64,000 nt of DNA, taken from contig CAVXLD010000010.1 of assembly GCA_963762565.1 (NCBI GenBank), positions 320,001 to 384,000 on the forward strand. Direction: 5' to 3'. This document shows positions 8,702-18,434 of the stretch, in pieces; position 1 is the first letter of the stretch, and every line of letters starts with the position of its first letter. Below the pieces are notes generated by a model. That model did not search any database. It was given only the letters and a program-made list of their open reading frames with translations, and had not been told where the DNA came from. The DNA is from an uncultured Verrucomicrobiae bacterium. GTDB taxonomy: Bacteria; Verrucomicrobiota; Verrucomicrobiia; Chthoniobacterales; JAFAMB01. The position numbers and the translations under genes are program-made.

Positions 8702-8941
8702 ATGAAAAAGCTCCTCTTAACAATAACCATGGCCGTCAGCGGCCTTGGTGGTTTGGCAACTTCCGCGCAAGCGCACCCGGGTTATCACTGTGGATACCAC
8801 TACGGTTGCGGATACCGCTACGGATGCGGATACCACTACTGCTACCATGGCGGTAACTGCGGCTATTGGTATTGGAACAACGGTTGCCGTTATTTCCGCG
8901 TAGTCGTTGTACCGCCTCCTCCGGCCCCTTGGTGCCCCTAA
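8702..8941 (+). CDS. Small secreted Cys/His/Tyr/Gly-rich peptide
   Basis: MKK-hydrophobic-AQA signal peptide; CGY(H/R)YG repeats encoded by an 18-bp tandem repeat. Confidence 0.75.
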   Translation: MKKLLLTITMAVSGLGGLATSAQAHPGYHCGYHYGCGYRYGCGYHYCYHGGNCGYWYWNNGCRYFRVVVVPPPPAPWCP

Positions 8942-9059
8942 GGAGTTAACCGCTAACAGTTAGCCTTTGCGGTTAATCCCATGTCGATGGAGGCCCCCAT
9001 CGACCACGGAGTTGACCGTTTGCAGTATTTAAGATTAACCGCACTAAGACAGGTATTTC

Positions 9060-9228
9060 TTTGCGCTCTTTGCGTTCTTTCGCGGCTATTCCTCTTCCAA
9101 TCGCGAGCGACATACGAGCATAGAACGCTATGAGCAATTGGGCGTGCGTAAGGATGTTCCCTTGCTTACCACGGCCTCGCTACCTGTCGCGCCGTAGGCT
9201 GGGCGAAGGCGGAAGCGAGGCGCGCTCC
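9060..9228. repeat. Solo reverse AATAGCCGC end (9060-9090) and a REP-like hairpin carrying the mini-insertion (9183-9213)
   Basis: TTTGCGCTCTTTGCGTTCTTTCGCGGCTATT; GGCCTCGCTA[CCTGTCGCGCCGTAGGCTGGGCGAAGGCGGA]AGCGAGGCGCGCTCC. Confidence 0.75.
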
Positions 9229-9236
9229 ACGGGTCG

Positions 9237-12200
9237 TTAACCGCCAACCGGTAACCGATCCGGCAGATAATTCAGGTTCGGTCCTAACCAGCGCTCTAGC
9301 TCCTCTAACGGCATCCCTTTCCGAACCTGATAATCTAACACTTGATCGCGATCGATCTTGCCAACACCGAAGTATTTGGCTTCAGGATGCGCAAAATAGA
9401 GGCCGCTCACGGATGCTCCCGGCCACATGGCAAAGCTCTCTGTGAGTTGGATGCCAGCATTTTCTTCAGCCTGTAGCAGGTCGAACAAAATCGCTTTCTC
9501 CGTATGGTCAGGACAGGCCGGATAACCCGCCGCCGGTCTGATGCCGCGATATTTTTCCTGGATCAGATCTTCTCTGGTCAGATGCTCGGTTAGCCCGTAC
9601 CCCCATTCGCGCCGAACCTTTTCATGCAGATATTCGGCAAACGCTTCTGCCAGCCGATCCGCCAGCGCTTTGGTCATGATCGCGTTGTAATCGTCGTGAT
9701 CCGCCTCAAATTGGCGAGCTAGTTCATCGGCCCGATGTCCGGCGGTCACTGCAAACGCACCGATATAATCCGCTCTCCCTTTCGGCGCGATATAATCAGC
9801 CAAGCAATGGTTAAACTGGCCGGCGGGTTTTTGCATCTGCTGGCGTAATTGGTGAAAGGTCGCCAAGAGTTCGGTTCGGGTTTCGTCCCCGTAAACTTCG
9901 ATATCGTCACCGATACTATTCGCCGGCCAAACACCATAAACACCCTTAGCGACTAACAACCGGCTGTTGACAATGTCCTGGAGCAGTTTCTGGGCATCCT
10001 CATACAGCAGGCGAGCTTGTTCGCCAACGTCCGGATCATCGAAAATCTTCGGGAATCGGCCCCTGAGCTCCCAGGTGTGGAAAAAGGGAGACCAATCAAT
10101 ATACGGTACCAGTTCATCTAATGATTGGTTAGCAAGCACCTGAACTCCGAGAACGCTCGGTTTATCGATAGAGGTGCTCGTCCAATCAAAGACCGGCTTC
10201 CGGTTACGCGCTTCTTCGATGGTGAGTAATTGCTTTTCTGCGGTTCGCCGAAGGAATTCTTCGCGCAGATGCTCCTGCTCCTTTGTGTTCTTACTAACGA
10301 ACTCTGGGCGTAACTCCTCACTGATTAGCGAACCAACCACGTTCACCGCGCGGGATGCATCCAACACATGGATCGTCGGACCGCTATAATGCGGAGCGAT
10401 TTTCACAGCGGTGTGGGCTTTGCTGGTGGTTGCCCCACCGATGAGCAACGGCAGCGTATACCCCAGCCGCTCCATTTCCTGAGCTACGTGCGCCATCTCG
10501 TCCAAAGACGGCGTGATCAAACCGCTGAGACCGATAATGTCTGCGTGCTCGGCTGCCGCTGCCTCGAAGATTTTCTCGGCCGGAACCATCACCCCCAAGT
10601 CTTTTACCTCGAAGTTATTGCAGGCTAACACGACGCCCACGATGTTTTTGCCGATATCATGAACATCGCCTTTCACTGTCGCCAGCACCACTTTTCCCTG
10701 CGAACGTCGAGTGGGCGAGCTCGCCTGCTCCGCTTCCATGTAGGGCAACAGGTAAGCCACCGATTTCTTCATCACTCGGGCGCTCTTTACCACCTGCGGC
10801 AGAAACATTTTACCTGCGCCGAATAGATCGCCCACTACGCTCATGCCACCCATCAACGGGCCTTCAATCACCGAGAGTGGTCTGCCGTATTTTTGAAGGG
10901 CTTCAGCCGTATCCGCATCGATGTATTCGACGATTCCCTTGATCAAGGCATGAGAAAGCCGCTCTTCAACCGTGCTCGATCGCCAGGCTTCATCTTTCGC
11001 CTGTGCTTTCCCGCTGCTCTTGACCCGTTCTGCATACTCAACCAGGCGTTCCGTCGCATCTTTCCGACGGTTTAAGAGCACATCTTCAACCGACTCCAAT
11101 AATTCCGGCGGGATCGCTTCGTATACGGCCAGTTGCCCGGCGTTCACAATCCCCATATCCAAGCCCGCCGCGATCGCATGATACAAAAAGGCGGCATGAA
11201 TCGCCTCGCGCACCGCATTATTTCCCCGGAACGAGAATGAAATATTGCTTACACCGCCGCTCACCCGGCAATGAGGCAAATGCTGTTTGATCCATTTCGT
11301 CGCTTCGATAAACGCGATCGCGTATTCCGCATGCTCTTCGAGGCCGGTCCCTACCGTGAGGATGTTCGGATCGAAAATGATATCCTGCGGCGGGAATCCG
11401 ATTTCTTCGGTTAGGATCCGATAGACCCGGGCGCAGATCTCGGTCTTGCGAGCGAAGGTGTCTGCTTGGCCGGACTCGTCAAACGCCATCACTACTACCG
11501 CGGCGCCGTAACGACGGACAAGCTGCGCTTGGCTCCGAAACTTCTCTTCGCCTTCCTTCAGGCTGATCGAGTTTACAATCCCTTTTCCTTGGATCGATTG
11601 GAGGCCGGCTTCGAGGACACTCCATTTAGAGCTGTCAACCATCACTGGTACCCGAGAGATATCCGGTTCAGCAGCCACCAGGTTCAAAAACTTCCTCATG
11701 GAGGCTTCCGAATCGATCATCCCTTCATCCATGTTGATGTCGATGATGTTGGCTCCACCCTCGACCTGCTGCCTGGCAACAGCCAAAGCCCCTTCAAAAT
11801 CGCCGCCAAGAATTAACTTCGAAAATTTGGGCGAACCGGTGATGTTGGTACGCTCACCGATCATGGTGAACCCGATCCCGAATGTGTACGGCTCAAGGCC
11901 GCTGAGCTGGGTACGAACCTCGAGCTTGGGCAATGCTCGCGGCGGTAGACCAGCGACTGCCTTAGCCAGCATCTCAATGTGAGCCGGGGTGGTGCCGCAA
12001 CAGCCGCCAACAATGTTCAGCCAACCGAGTTCCGCCCATTCCATTAGTTGCGGCGTCAACGATTCCGGAGTTTCGGGAAACCCGGTCGGCGACAACGGAT
12101 CGGGCAAACCCGCATTGGGATAGCAAGAGACGTAGATTGGAGCTATCCGCGCGAGTTCTTCGATATAAGGACGCAGTTCTTTCGGCCCAAGTGCGCAGTT

Positions 12201-12950
12201 CAACCCCACGCTAAGAAGCGGCGCGTGGGAGATTGAGATCCAAAAAGCTTCTGTCGTTTGCCCAGTTAACGTCCGGCCGCTGGCATCGGTGATTGTGCCG
12301 GACGCCATCACCGGAACTCGGAACCCGAGCTCGGCAAATAACTCTTCGATGGCAAACAGCGCTGCCTTGAGATTCAGGGTATCGAAGGTCGTCTCGACCA
12401 GAAGCAGGTCAGCTCCTCCCTCGATCAACGACCTGGCTTGTTCGGCATACGCCTCTTTGACCTGCGCCCAGGTCACCTCGCGTTTACCGGGATCATTGAC
12501 GTCCCGGGAGATCGACAACGTACGATTCAGGGGTCCGATAGAACCAGCCACATACCGGCGATGTCCCGGATCTTTGTCCATCACCTCCCGGACCGCGTCT
12601 TTAGCCAGCTTCGCTGCCGCTCGGTTGATTTCAGGCACATAACGTTCGAGCGCAAAGTCCGATTGCGCGATAACCGTGGCGTTGAACGTATTGGTCTCGA
12701 TGATATCAGCGCCAGCCTCGAGATATTCGACGTGGATCTGCCGGATGATCTCCGGTCGGGTCAGACAGAGGACATCGTTATTATTCTTGAGCGAAGCCGG
12801 GTGGTCCCGAAGAAGATCACCCCGATAATCTTCCTCTTTCAGTTTGAAGCGCTGAATCATGGTCCCCATCGCGCCGTCGAGGATCACAATCCTTTTGGCG
12901 AGGAGATCAACGATATCAAAGGCATCAGAATGGCGAAGATTGTCCGGCAT
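9237..12950 (-). CDS. metH: Cobalamin-dependent methionine synthase
   Basis: [36 protein letters not shown] (B12 His), GYPACPDH. Confidence 0.98.
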   Translation of the reverse strand: MPDNLRHSDAFDIVDLLAKRIVILDGAMGTMIQRFKLKEEDYRGDLLRDHPASLKNNNDVLCLTRPEIIRQIHVEYLEAGADIIETNTFNATVIAQSDFALERYVPEINRAAAKLAKDAVREVMDKDPGHRRYVAGSIGPLNRTLSISRDVNDPGKREVTWAQVKEAYAEQARSLIEGGADLLLVETTFDTLNLKAALFAIEELFAELGFRVPVMASGTITDASGRTLTGQTTEAFWISISHAPLLSVGLNCALGPKELRPYIEELARIAPIYVSCYPNAGLPDPLSPTGFPETPESLTPQLMEWAELGWLNIVGGCCGTTPAHIEMLAKAVAGLPPRALPKLEVRTQLSGLEPYTFGIGFTMIGERTNITGSPKFSKLILGGDFEGALAVARQQVEGGANIIDINMDEGMIDSEASMRKFLNLVAAEPDISRVPVMVDSSKWSVLEAGLQSIQGKGIVNSISLKEGEEKFRSQAQLVRRYGAAVVVMAFDESGQADTFARKTEICARVYRILTEEIGFPPQDIIFDPNILTVGTGLEEHAEYAIAFIEATKWIKQHLPHCRVSGGVSNISFSFRGNNAVREAIHAAFLYHAIAAGLDMGIVNAGQLAVYEAIPPELLESVEDVLLNRRKDATERLVEYAERVKSSGKAQAKDEAWRSSTVEERLSHALIKGIVEYIDADTAEALQKYGRPLSVIEGPLMGGMSVVGDLFGAGKMFLPQVVKSARVMKKSVAYLLPYMEAEQASSPTRRSQGKVVLATVKGDVHDIGKNIVGVVLACNNFEVKDLGVMVPAEKIFEAAAAEHADIIGLSGLITPSLDEMAHVAQEMERLGYTLPLLIGGATTSKAHTAVKIAPHYSGPTIHVLDASRAVNVVGSLISEELRPEFVSKNTKEQEHLREEFLRRTAEKQLLTIEEARNRKPVFDWTSTSIDKPSVLGVQVLANQSLDELVPYIDWSPFFHTWELRGRFPKIFDDPDVGEQARLLYEDAQKLLQDIVNSRLLVAKGVYGVWPANSIGDDIEVYGDETRTELLATFHQLRQQMQKPAGQFNHCLADYIAPKGRADYIGAFAVTAGHRADELARQFEADHDDYNAIMTKALADRLAEAFAEYLHEKVRREWGYGLTEHLTREDLIQEKYRGIRPAAGYPACPDHTEKAILFDLLQAEENAGIQLTESFAMWPGASVSGLYFAHPEAKYFGVGKIDRDQVLDYQVRKGMPLEELERWLGPNLNYLPDRLPVGG

Positions 12951-13087
12951 ACCTTAAAAAACCTGTAACATCAGCAGGACGGTGGCGCAACGAATAGATT
13001 GATTTATCATGATGGATTGATGGGTTGCTTGATGCGCGTACTTTTTTTGGTAGATCGTTACCTGAAAATACAACAAAGATGGCTTAC

Positions 13088-13368
13088 TCGTAATCGTCGT
13101 CGTCCTCGAGAAATGTGTTTTGCCTAGCGCATTGCTCTCACCCAGGATTCAATTTGCCCAGCGTGCCTGGAGGGGAGCCGCTTTGTCGGTTGGCAAGTCT
13201 ATCGGTTGCGAGCAGGCGGCTCCCGGGAATGACCCGGCGCACCGCTTTTGCCGAGCGCGAATCCCTCGTTAGATCTGTGGTTCCCATCTGGCTGATAGAA
13301 CTTCCAAGTCCTCGGTCATTCCCGGGTGCCGTCTGCTGGCCCCGAAAGCTTTCGGAGGACGATTACGA
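13088..13368. repeat. Hexamer inverted arrays enclosing a partial family A element
   Basis: TCGTAATCGTCGTCGTCCTCGA 13088 / GAGGACGATTACGA 13355; GGAGGGGAGCCGCTTTG ~13169; CAGGCGGCTCCCGGGAATGACC / GGTCATTCCCGGG; outer right arm missing. Confidence 0.8.
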
Positions 13369-13387
13369 AAAAAACCGCGGCCAGTCC

Positions 13388-14233
13388 TTATTTTCCCAGA
13401 AGCAACACATCCAGCCCAACCGCCAGGACAAAAACCACACTGACAAACGCGTTGCTCTGGAAGAACGCCCGATTGATCCCCGCCAGATCCAGATTAGCTG
13501 CCGCTCGGTGTTCGTAAAATAGCGCGCCGCCAACCGCCAGCAGCGAAAGATAATAAATCCAGCCCAGGTTGCTCACTAACCCGAACCCAAGCAGGCAGAG
13601 CAGCAGAATAACATGCATCCCCTGAGCTAGCCGAAGACTCGCGGGTACTCCGTACCGGACCACCATCGAGTGCAGACCCTGTTGCCGGTCGAACTCATAG
13701 TCTTGAGTCGCGTAAATCAGGTCGAAGCCGCCCACCCAAAAGATGACGCCGAGAGCCAAAATAATCGGAGGCCAGGCAAATTGGCCGCGCACAGCTAACC
13801 AAGCGCCGACCGGAGCAATCGCTAACGAAAGCCCCAAGAAAAACTGGGTGTATGACGTAAATCGTTTTGTGAACGAATAAAGAAAGATCACCGCCAGAGC
13901 GACCGGCGACAAAAGAAAACAAACCGGGTTGACGAAGGAACAGATCACGAGAAACGCCAGACTTGAGAACCCGACCAAGCCGTAAGCAGTCGCCTTTGAC
14001 ACAAGCTTATGCCGGCCGGCAGTCCGCGGGTTCAGTTTGTCCATTTCCCAATCGGCGATCCGGTTGAACGCCATGGCCGCCGTTCGGGCGAAGACCATGG
14101 CTAGGAGAATCAACCCGATCGTGACCAGACTCGGCAGTCCTTTTGCGGCGACCAGCATCGACCCCACCGCAAAAGGCAGCGCGAATACCGTGTGAGAGAA
14201 GCGGATAAATTTTAGAATGCGCTGCAGCATCAT
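13388..14233 (-). CDS. UbiA-family prenyltransferase (MqnP-like, futalosine menaquinone pathway)
   Basis: IRFSHTVFALPF, ARTAAMAFNRIAD, NPRT, YSFTKRFT, GFDLIYATQD. Confidence 0.88.
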   Translation of the reverse strand: MMLQRILKFIRFSHTVFALPFAVGSMLVAAKGLPSLVTIGLILLAMVFARTAAMAFNRIADWEMDKLNPRTAGRHKLVSKATAYGLVGFSSLAFLVICSFVNPVCFLLSPVALAVIFLYSFTKRFTSYTQFFLGLSLAIAPVGAWLAVRGQFAWPPIILALGVIFWVGGFDLIYATQDYEFDRQQGLHSMVVRYGVPASLRLAQGMHVILLLCLLGFGLVSNLGWIYYLSLLAVGGALFYEHRAAANLDLAGINRAFFQSNAFVSVVFVLAVGLDVLLLGK

Positions 14234-14234
14234 T

Positions 14235-14911
14235 TGGTAGGGCGAGGCTCCTATGACGCCTAAAATGGATCGCAACGCAACCGTTCTCAATTTTACCCGG
14301 TGACGAATTACACCTGAACGCTGCCGAGCCGTCGGCCCCAACGTTTACGCCGCACCACGCCAATACTCCTTCACTCCGCTGGCGCAGATTCGAGGACGAC
14401 GAGTAACTCAGAAACGCTGCGCATTCAAAGGCTGGGAAATGAACGGGATAGAGTTCGTGAACGCTCTTCGTGGACGAGCACCAAAGGCCTGGAGGGGAGC
14501 CGCTTTGTAGGTCAGCAGCTCTATCGGGCGGCAGCCACTGAAAGCCTTCGGGGTAGACAGGCGGCTCCCGGGCACGGTCCAGCGCTAGGCAGTTCTGGAG
14601 GCGGCTTCCAAATCGGCGGGTTCTCCACCACGTCCTTTGTATGGCTAACGGTGGGTAATTCCCGGAAGCCGCCTGTCTACCCCGAAGGCTTTCGGTGGCT
14701 GCCGCCCGATAGAACTGCCACCTTACAAAGCGGCTCCCCTCCAGGCGTTGGGCGAGCGACGACGCGTGTTCTTTCGGGAGAACCAAGCGCCGGGTGACTT
14801 GCCACGCCCTGGGACCGGCTCGGCAACCCGTAGGCATCGGAACATAACAAATCGGATCAGATCAATTTCTTCGGGAATCTTCTAAGGTTGTTCGGGAGCC
14901 TCGCCCTACCA
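14235..14911. repeat. Family B REPIN-like pair enclosing a family A element with ~85-bp arms (14487-14746)
   Basis: TGGTAGGGCGAGGCTCC 14235 / GGAGCCTCGCCCTACCA ending 14911; inner arms differ at about 7 of 85 positions (manual count). Confidence 0.9.
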
Positions 14912-14912
14912 G

Positions 14913-16199
14913 CTATTTGCTATTCTGCGCCGCCCTGAACACCCCATAGATCAGCCGCGCGCCCTTCGAATACGTCAGGTACGCCCACGCCCATTGGAGG
15001 AAGACAAAAACCTGGTTTCTGAATCCGATCAGAAAGATCAGGTGGATAAAGAGCCAACTGAGCCAGGCGAGAAATCCGCCAAAACGGACCACCTTAAGAT
15101 CCGCTATCGCTCGATTGCGACCGATGGTGGCCATTTGCCCTTTATCATGATAGCGAAAGGGCAACATCGGCCGGCCCTCGGCCGCCGCTAGAATGTTCCT
15201 GGCTGCGTGACGGCCCATCTGCATTGCCACCGGGCAGACTCCAGGAAGCGGTTCGCCGGTTTGATAGGTGAAAACCGCCATATCGCCAATCACGAAAATC
15301 TCTGGATGCCCCGGAACGGTCAGGTCTTCGTTCACCTTAACCCGGCCGGCGCGGTCGAGCTCAACTCCCAGACTCTTGCCCAACGGCGAAGCCGCATTAC
15401 CCGCCGCCCACACAATGGTCCGGGCGGGAATTAGCTCGTCGCCGACGTACACACCATCAGGTCCGACGTCTTTCACCATGACCCCGGTCCGGACTTCCAC
15501 CTTAAGTTGCCCCAATTGTTTGCGAGCAGATTCGGATAACCCCGGCGTAAAAGCCGGCAATACCCGGGGAGCAGCATCCACCAGCACGATTCGCGCATCC
15601 TTTGGGTTAACGTGATGGAAATCATCCGCCAGACTCTTGTGCGCCAGCTCAGCAATAGCGCCGGCCATCTCAACCCCAGTTGGTCCAGCGCCCACCACCA
15701 CAAAGGTCAACGCTTTCTGGCGTTCGGCGGCGGTCTCCGCGATTTCGGCTGCTTCGAACGCAAACAGAATCCGGCGCCGCAGTTCCAATACGTCCGGCAG
15801 ATTCTTCAAGCCTGGCGCGAACTGTTCCCATCCGTCGTGGCCAAAATACGAATGGCGCGCGCCAGCCGCCACGATCAGATAATCGTAGGGAACTTTTCGG
15901 TCTGCACAGACCACCGCCTTTTCGGCGACATCAATTCGATCAGCATTGGCCAGCACAACCTCCAGGTTCTCGGCGTGCTTCAGAATGTGGCGAATTGGTT
16001 GGGCAATATCTCCGGGAGAAAGCCCGGCTGTAGCCACCTGATAAAGTAGCGGCTGAAATAAGTGATGATTGGTTCGATCCAACAGAATCATCGAGACCGG
16101 TTTGTTCGCCAATTCTTTGGCTGCATACAGCCCACCGAAACCGCCACCGATGATAACAACTCGCGGTGTTTTCTTGCGTTCAACAGACTCAGCATTCAT
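14913..16199 (-). CDS. ndh: Type II NADH:quinone oxidoreductase
   Basis: VVIIGGGFGG, FQPLLYQVATA, VVGAGPTGVEMAG, WAAG, IFVIGD, ATIGR. Confidence 0.93.
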   Translation of the reverse strand: MNAESVERKKTPRVVIIGGGFGGLYAAKELANKPVSMILLDRTNHHLFQPLLYQVATAGLSPGDIAQPIRHILKHAENLEVVLANADRIDVAEKAVVCADRKVPYDYLIVAAGARHSYFGHDGWEQFAPGLKNLPDVLELRRRILFAFEAAEIAETAAERQKALTFVVVGAGPTGVEMAGAIAELAHKSLADDFHHVNPKDARIVLVDAAPRVLPAFTPGLSESARKQLGQLKVEVRTGVMVKDVGPDGVYVGDELIPARTIVWAAGNAASPLGKSLGVELDRAGRVKVNEDLTVPGHPEIFVIGDMAVFTYQTGEPLPGVCPVAMQMGRHAARNILAAAEGRPMLPFRYHDKGQMATIGRNRAIADLKVVRFGGFLAWLSWLFIHLIFLIGFRNQVFVFLQWAWAYLTYSKGARLIYGVFRAAQNSK

Positions 16200-16285
16200 A
16201 GAAATTAATTCGCCACTGCAACTCGGGACGTGCGGGTTGCACTTAATTTAATATGGTGACGCGGTAGCGAATCAATTTCCACTGC

Positions 16286-16303
16286 TTGTGAAAAATTTCA
16301 CAA
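16286..16303. promoter_or_regulatory. Rex-type operator
   Basis: TTGTGAAAAATTTCACAA, an exact match to TTGTGAA-N4-TTCACAA, between divergent ndh and nuoD. Confidence 0.75.
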
Positions 16304-16387
16304 ATAATCGCTTGCGGCTCTGTTTTGGTGATCCTTAACTGTTAATGGCTGGCCCCGGGTCCGTCGACTCGGCGTCTTTTGAACCTT

Positions 16388-17638
16388 ATGGCTACCTCCC
16401 ACACAATCGAAACCCCGGATACCTTGGCTCGCACGGCCAAGTCATTGGAAACAATCAGTGATTCGGAGCTCCTCGGCGAAAAGCTCGTTATTAATATGGG
16501 CCCCTCCCATCCGGCAACTCATGGGGTCCTAAGAATCGTTCTGGAGCTGGATGGAGAAATCATTACCAAAGCCATACCTGACATCGGTTACCTCCATCGC
16601 GGCGACGAAAAGATCGCCGAGAATATGCAGTTTAACCAGTTTGTCCCGTACACAGACCGGTTAGACTATCTGGCCCCGCTGGCGAACAATGTAGCTTACG
16701 CCCTGGCCGTCGAGAAGCTCATGGGTTGGGAGCTTCCGCCGAGAGGAAAAGCGATTCGGGTGATCGCTTGCGAAGTTGCCCGGATATCCTCTCACCTCTT
16801 GGGCTTGGGTGCCTTCGCAATGGACGTGGGCGCCACCACCGTCTTCCTTTACACGTTCACCGAGCGAGAGAAACTTTATAACCTGATTGAGCTCCTTACC
16901 GGAGCCAGATTTACGACCTCATATACTCGGATCGGGGGACAGATCCGAGACCTGCCCGATGGGTTTATCCCGGCTCTAAAGAAATTTCTGGACGAATTCA
17001 TCCCGCAACTGAATGAACTCGACCGGTTACTGACTCGTAATCGGATCTGGGTTGACCGGACTAAAGGGCTCGGCGTGATCTCGAAGGAGGACGCAATCAG
17101 TTTTGCGATCACCGGCCCAAACATCCGCGGTTCAGGCATCGACTACGATGTCCGCAAAGCTCGCCCGTACCTCGACTACGATAAGTACGACTTCGATATC
17201 CCGATTGGCACGGTTGGGGATGCCTACGACCGGTACCTGGTGAGGATCGAAGAGATGCGGCAGAGCGTAAACATCCTCAGGCAAGTCATAGAGAAGTTGC
17301 CCGCCGGTCCCATCGACGTTCGCGATCCGAAGAACATGCCGCCGCCTAAGACCGAAGTACTGATGAAAATGGAGGAGCTAATCCATCATTTCATTATTCA
17401 TACCGAAGGAATTGATGCGCCGGTCGGCGAGGTTTATTTCGGCGCTGAGAATCCGAAAGGGGAGTTGGGTTTTTATATCAACAGTAAAGGAGGAGGTGTC
17501 CCCTATCGGTTAAAAATCAGGGCTCCTTCCTTCGTGAACCTAAGTATCTTGTCGAAGATTTTGCCGGGTCACATGATGTCTGATGTGGTCGCGATTTTAG
17601 GCAGTCTTGATTTTGTGATGGGCGAATGTGATCGCTAG
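16388..17638 (+). CDS. nuoD: NADH-quinone oxidoreductase subunit D
   Basis: NMGPSHPATHGVLR, GYLHRG, DRLDY, ENPKGELG, GECDR. Confidence 0.96.
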   Translation: MATSHTIETPDTLARTAKSLETISDSELLGEKLVINMGPSHPATHGVLRIVLELDGEIITKAIPDIGYLHRGDEKIAENMQFNQFVPYTDRLDYLAPLANNVAYALAVEKLMGWELPPRGKAIRVIACEVARISSHLLGLGAFAMDVGATTVFLYTFTEREKLYNLIELLTGARFTTSYTRIGGQIRDLPDGFIPALKKFLDEFIPQLNELDRLLTRNRIWVDRTKGLGVISKEDAISFAITGPNIRGSGIDYDVRKARPYLDYDKYDFDIPIGTVGDAYDRYLVRIEEMRQSVNILRQVIEKLPAGPIDVRDPKNMPPPKTEVLMKMEELIHHFIIHTEGIDAPVGEVYFGAENPKGELGFYINSKGGGVPYRLKIRAPSFVNLSILSKILPGHMMSDVVAILGSLDFVMGECDR

Positions 17639-17642
17639 GCAT

Positions 17643-17936
17643 ATGCGAACCGCGTACCTCATCGTCGGGTTATGCGCGGTGCTATTAGCGGGAGGTTGCA
17701 AACGAGAAATTGCGAACCGCAACCTGGTGCAGGTAAAGAGGAACATGAGCCCGAAGGAAGTGGAGACGATCCTTGGGCAACCAGACTCGACGGATCGGAA
17801 AGACGACGATGGCGACGGTGAAAAAAAATATGCAGGGTTGGTCACTTACTACTATCTCCAGGATGGACAGAAGATCGCTCTTCAGTTTTTTAACGGTCAT
17901 CTTGTTCGTGAACCGGATCTTTTGAAAGAACACTAG
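17643..17936 (+). CDS. Small lipoprotein with SmpA/BamE-like motif, inside the nuo operon
   Basis: LLAGGC lipobox-like motif; VKRNMSPKEVETILGQP; 4-nt and 2-nt gaps to nuoD and nuoE. Confidence 0.7.
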   Translation: MRTAYLIVGLCAVLLAGGCKREIANRNLVQVKRNMSPKEVETILGQPDSTDRKDDDGDGEKKYAGLVTYYYLQDGQKIALQFFNGHLVREPDLLKEH

Positions 17937-17938
17937 GC

Positions 17939-18433
17939 ATGGAAATTCCCCAGGAGTTAGCAGATCACATCGACGAAGTGATCACGCATTACCCGGTGTC
18001 AAAACGAAGCGCTACGCTTCCTCTGCTTCACCTGATACAAGAGCACTTCGGTTATATCAGTGACGAAGCAATCACCTGGGTGGCAGCGAAGCTCGAGTTA
18101 GAGCCGATCAACATTCTCGAACTGGTCACCTTCTACCCGATGTTCCGGCAAAGCCCGCCAGGGAAACATCACATCCGGGTTTGCCGGACCTTATCCTGCG
18201 CGATGGCCGGGAGTTACTCTTTGCTTGATACGTTTTGCAAGCACGCCAATATCGAGAAACCGGCCGGCAACCATCACGCCCATCTGCTTAAGGGCGCGGA
18301 CGGAAAATACAGCATCGAATTTGTGGAATGCCTGGCCAGCTGCGGAACGGGGCCGGTCTGCATGATCAATGATGACTTCTACGAAGCGGTTTCTGAGGAC
18401 AGTGTCCCTGAATTACTAAAGAAATATCAGTGA
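17939..18433 (+). CDS. nuoE: NADH-quinone oxidoreductase subunit E
   Basis: VTFYPMF, CRTLSC...ECLASC [2Fe-2S] ligands. Confidence 0.95.
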   Translation: MEIPQELADHIDEVITHYPVSKRSATLPLLHLIQEHFGYISDEAITWVAAKLELEPINILELVTFYPMFRQSPPGKHHIRVCRTLSCAMAGSYSLLDTFCKHANIEKPAGNHHAHLLKGADGKYSIEFVECLASCGTGPVCMINDDFYEAVSEDSVPELLKKYQ

Positions 18434-18434
18434 T

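Noticed and set aside
8702..8941. RiPP precursor
   Set aside because: It has a Sec-type signal peptide and no adjacent maturase, protease or transporter genes; kept only as a secreted peptide.
4827..9090. Composite element bounded by the two solo AATAGCCGC ends, carrying folD-lysA
   Set aside because: The cargo is housekeeping, there is no target duplication, and such ends are frequent enough to face each other by chance.
12951..13387. SAM or cobalamin riboswitch upstream of metH
   Set aside because: No recognisable core motifs by eye and most of the spacer is repeat-derived; an Rfam scan would be needed to exclude it fully.
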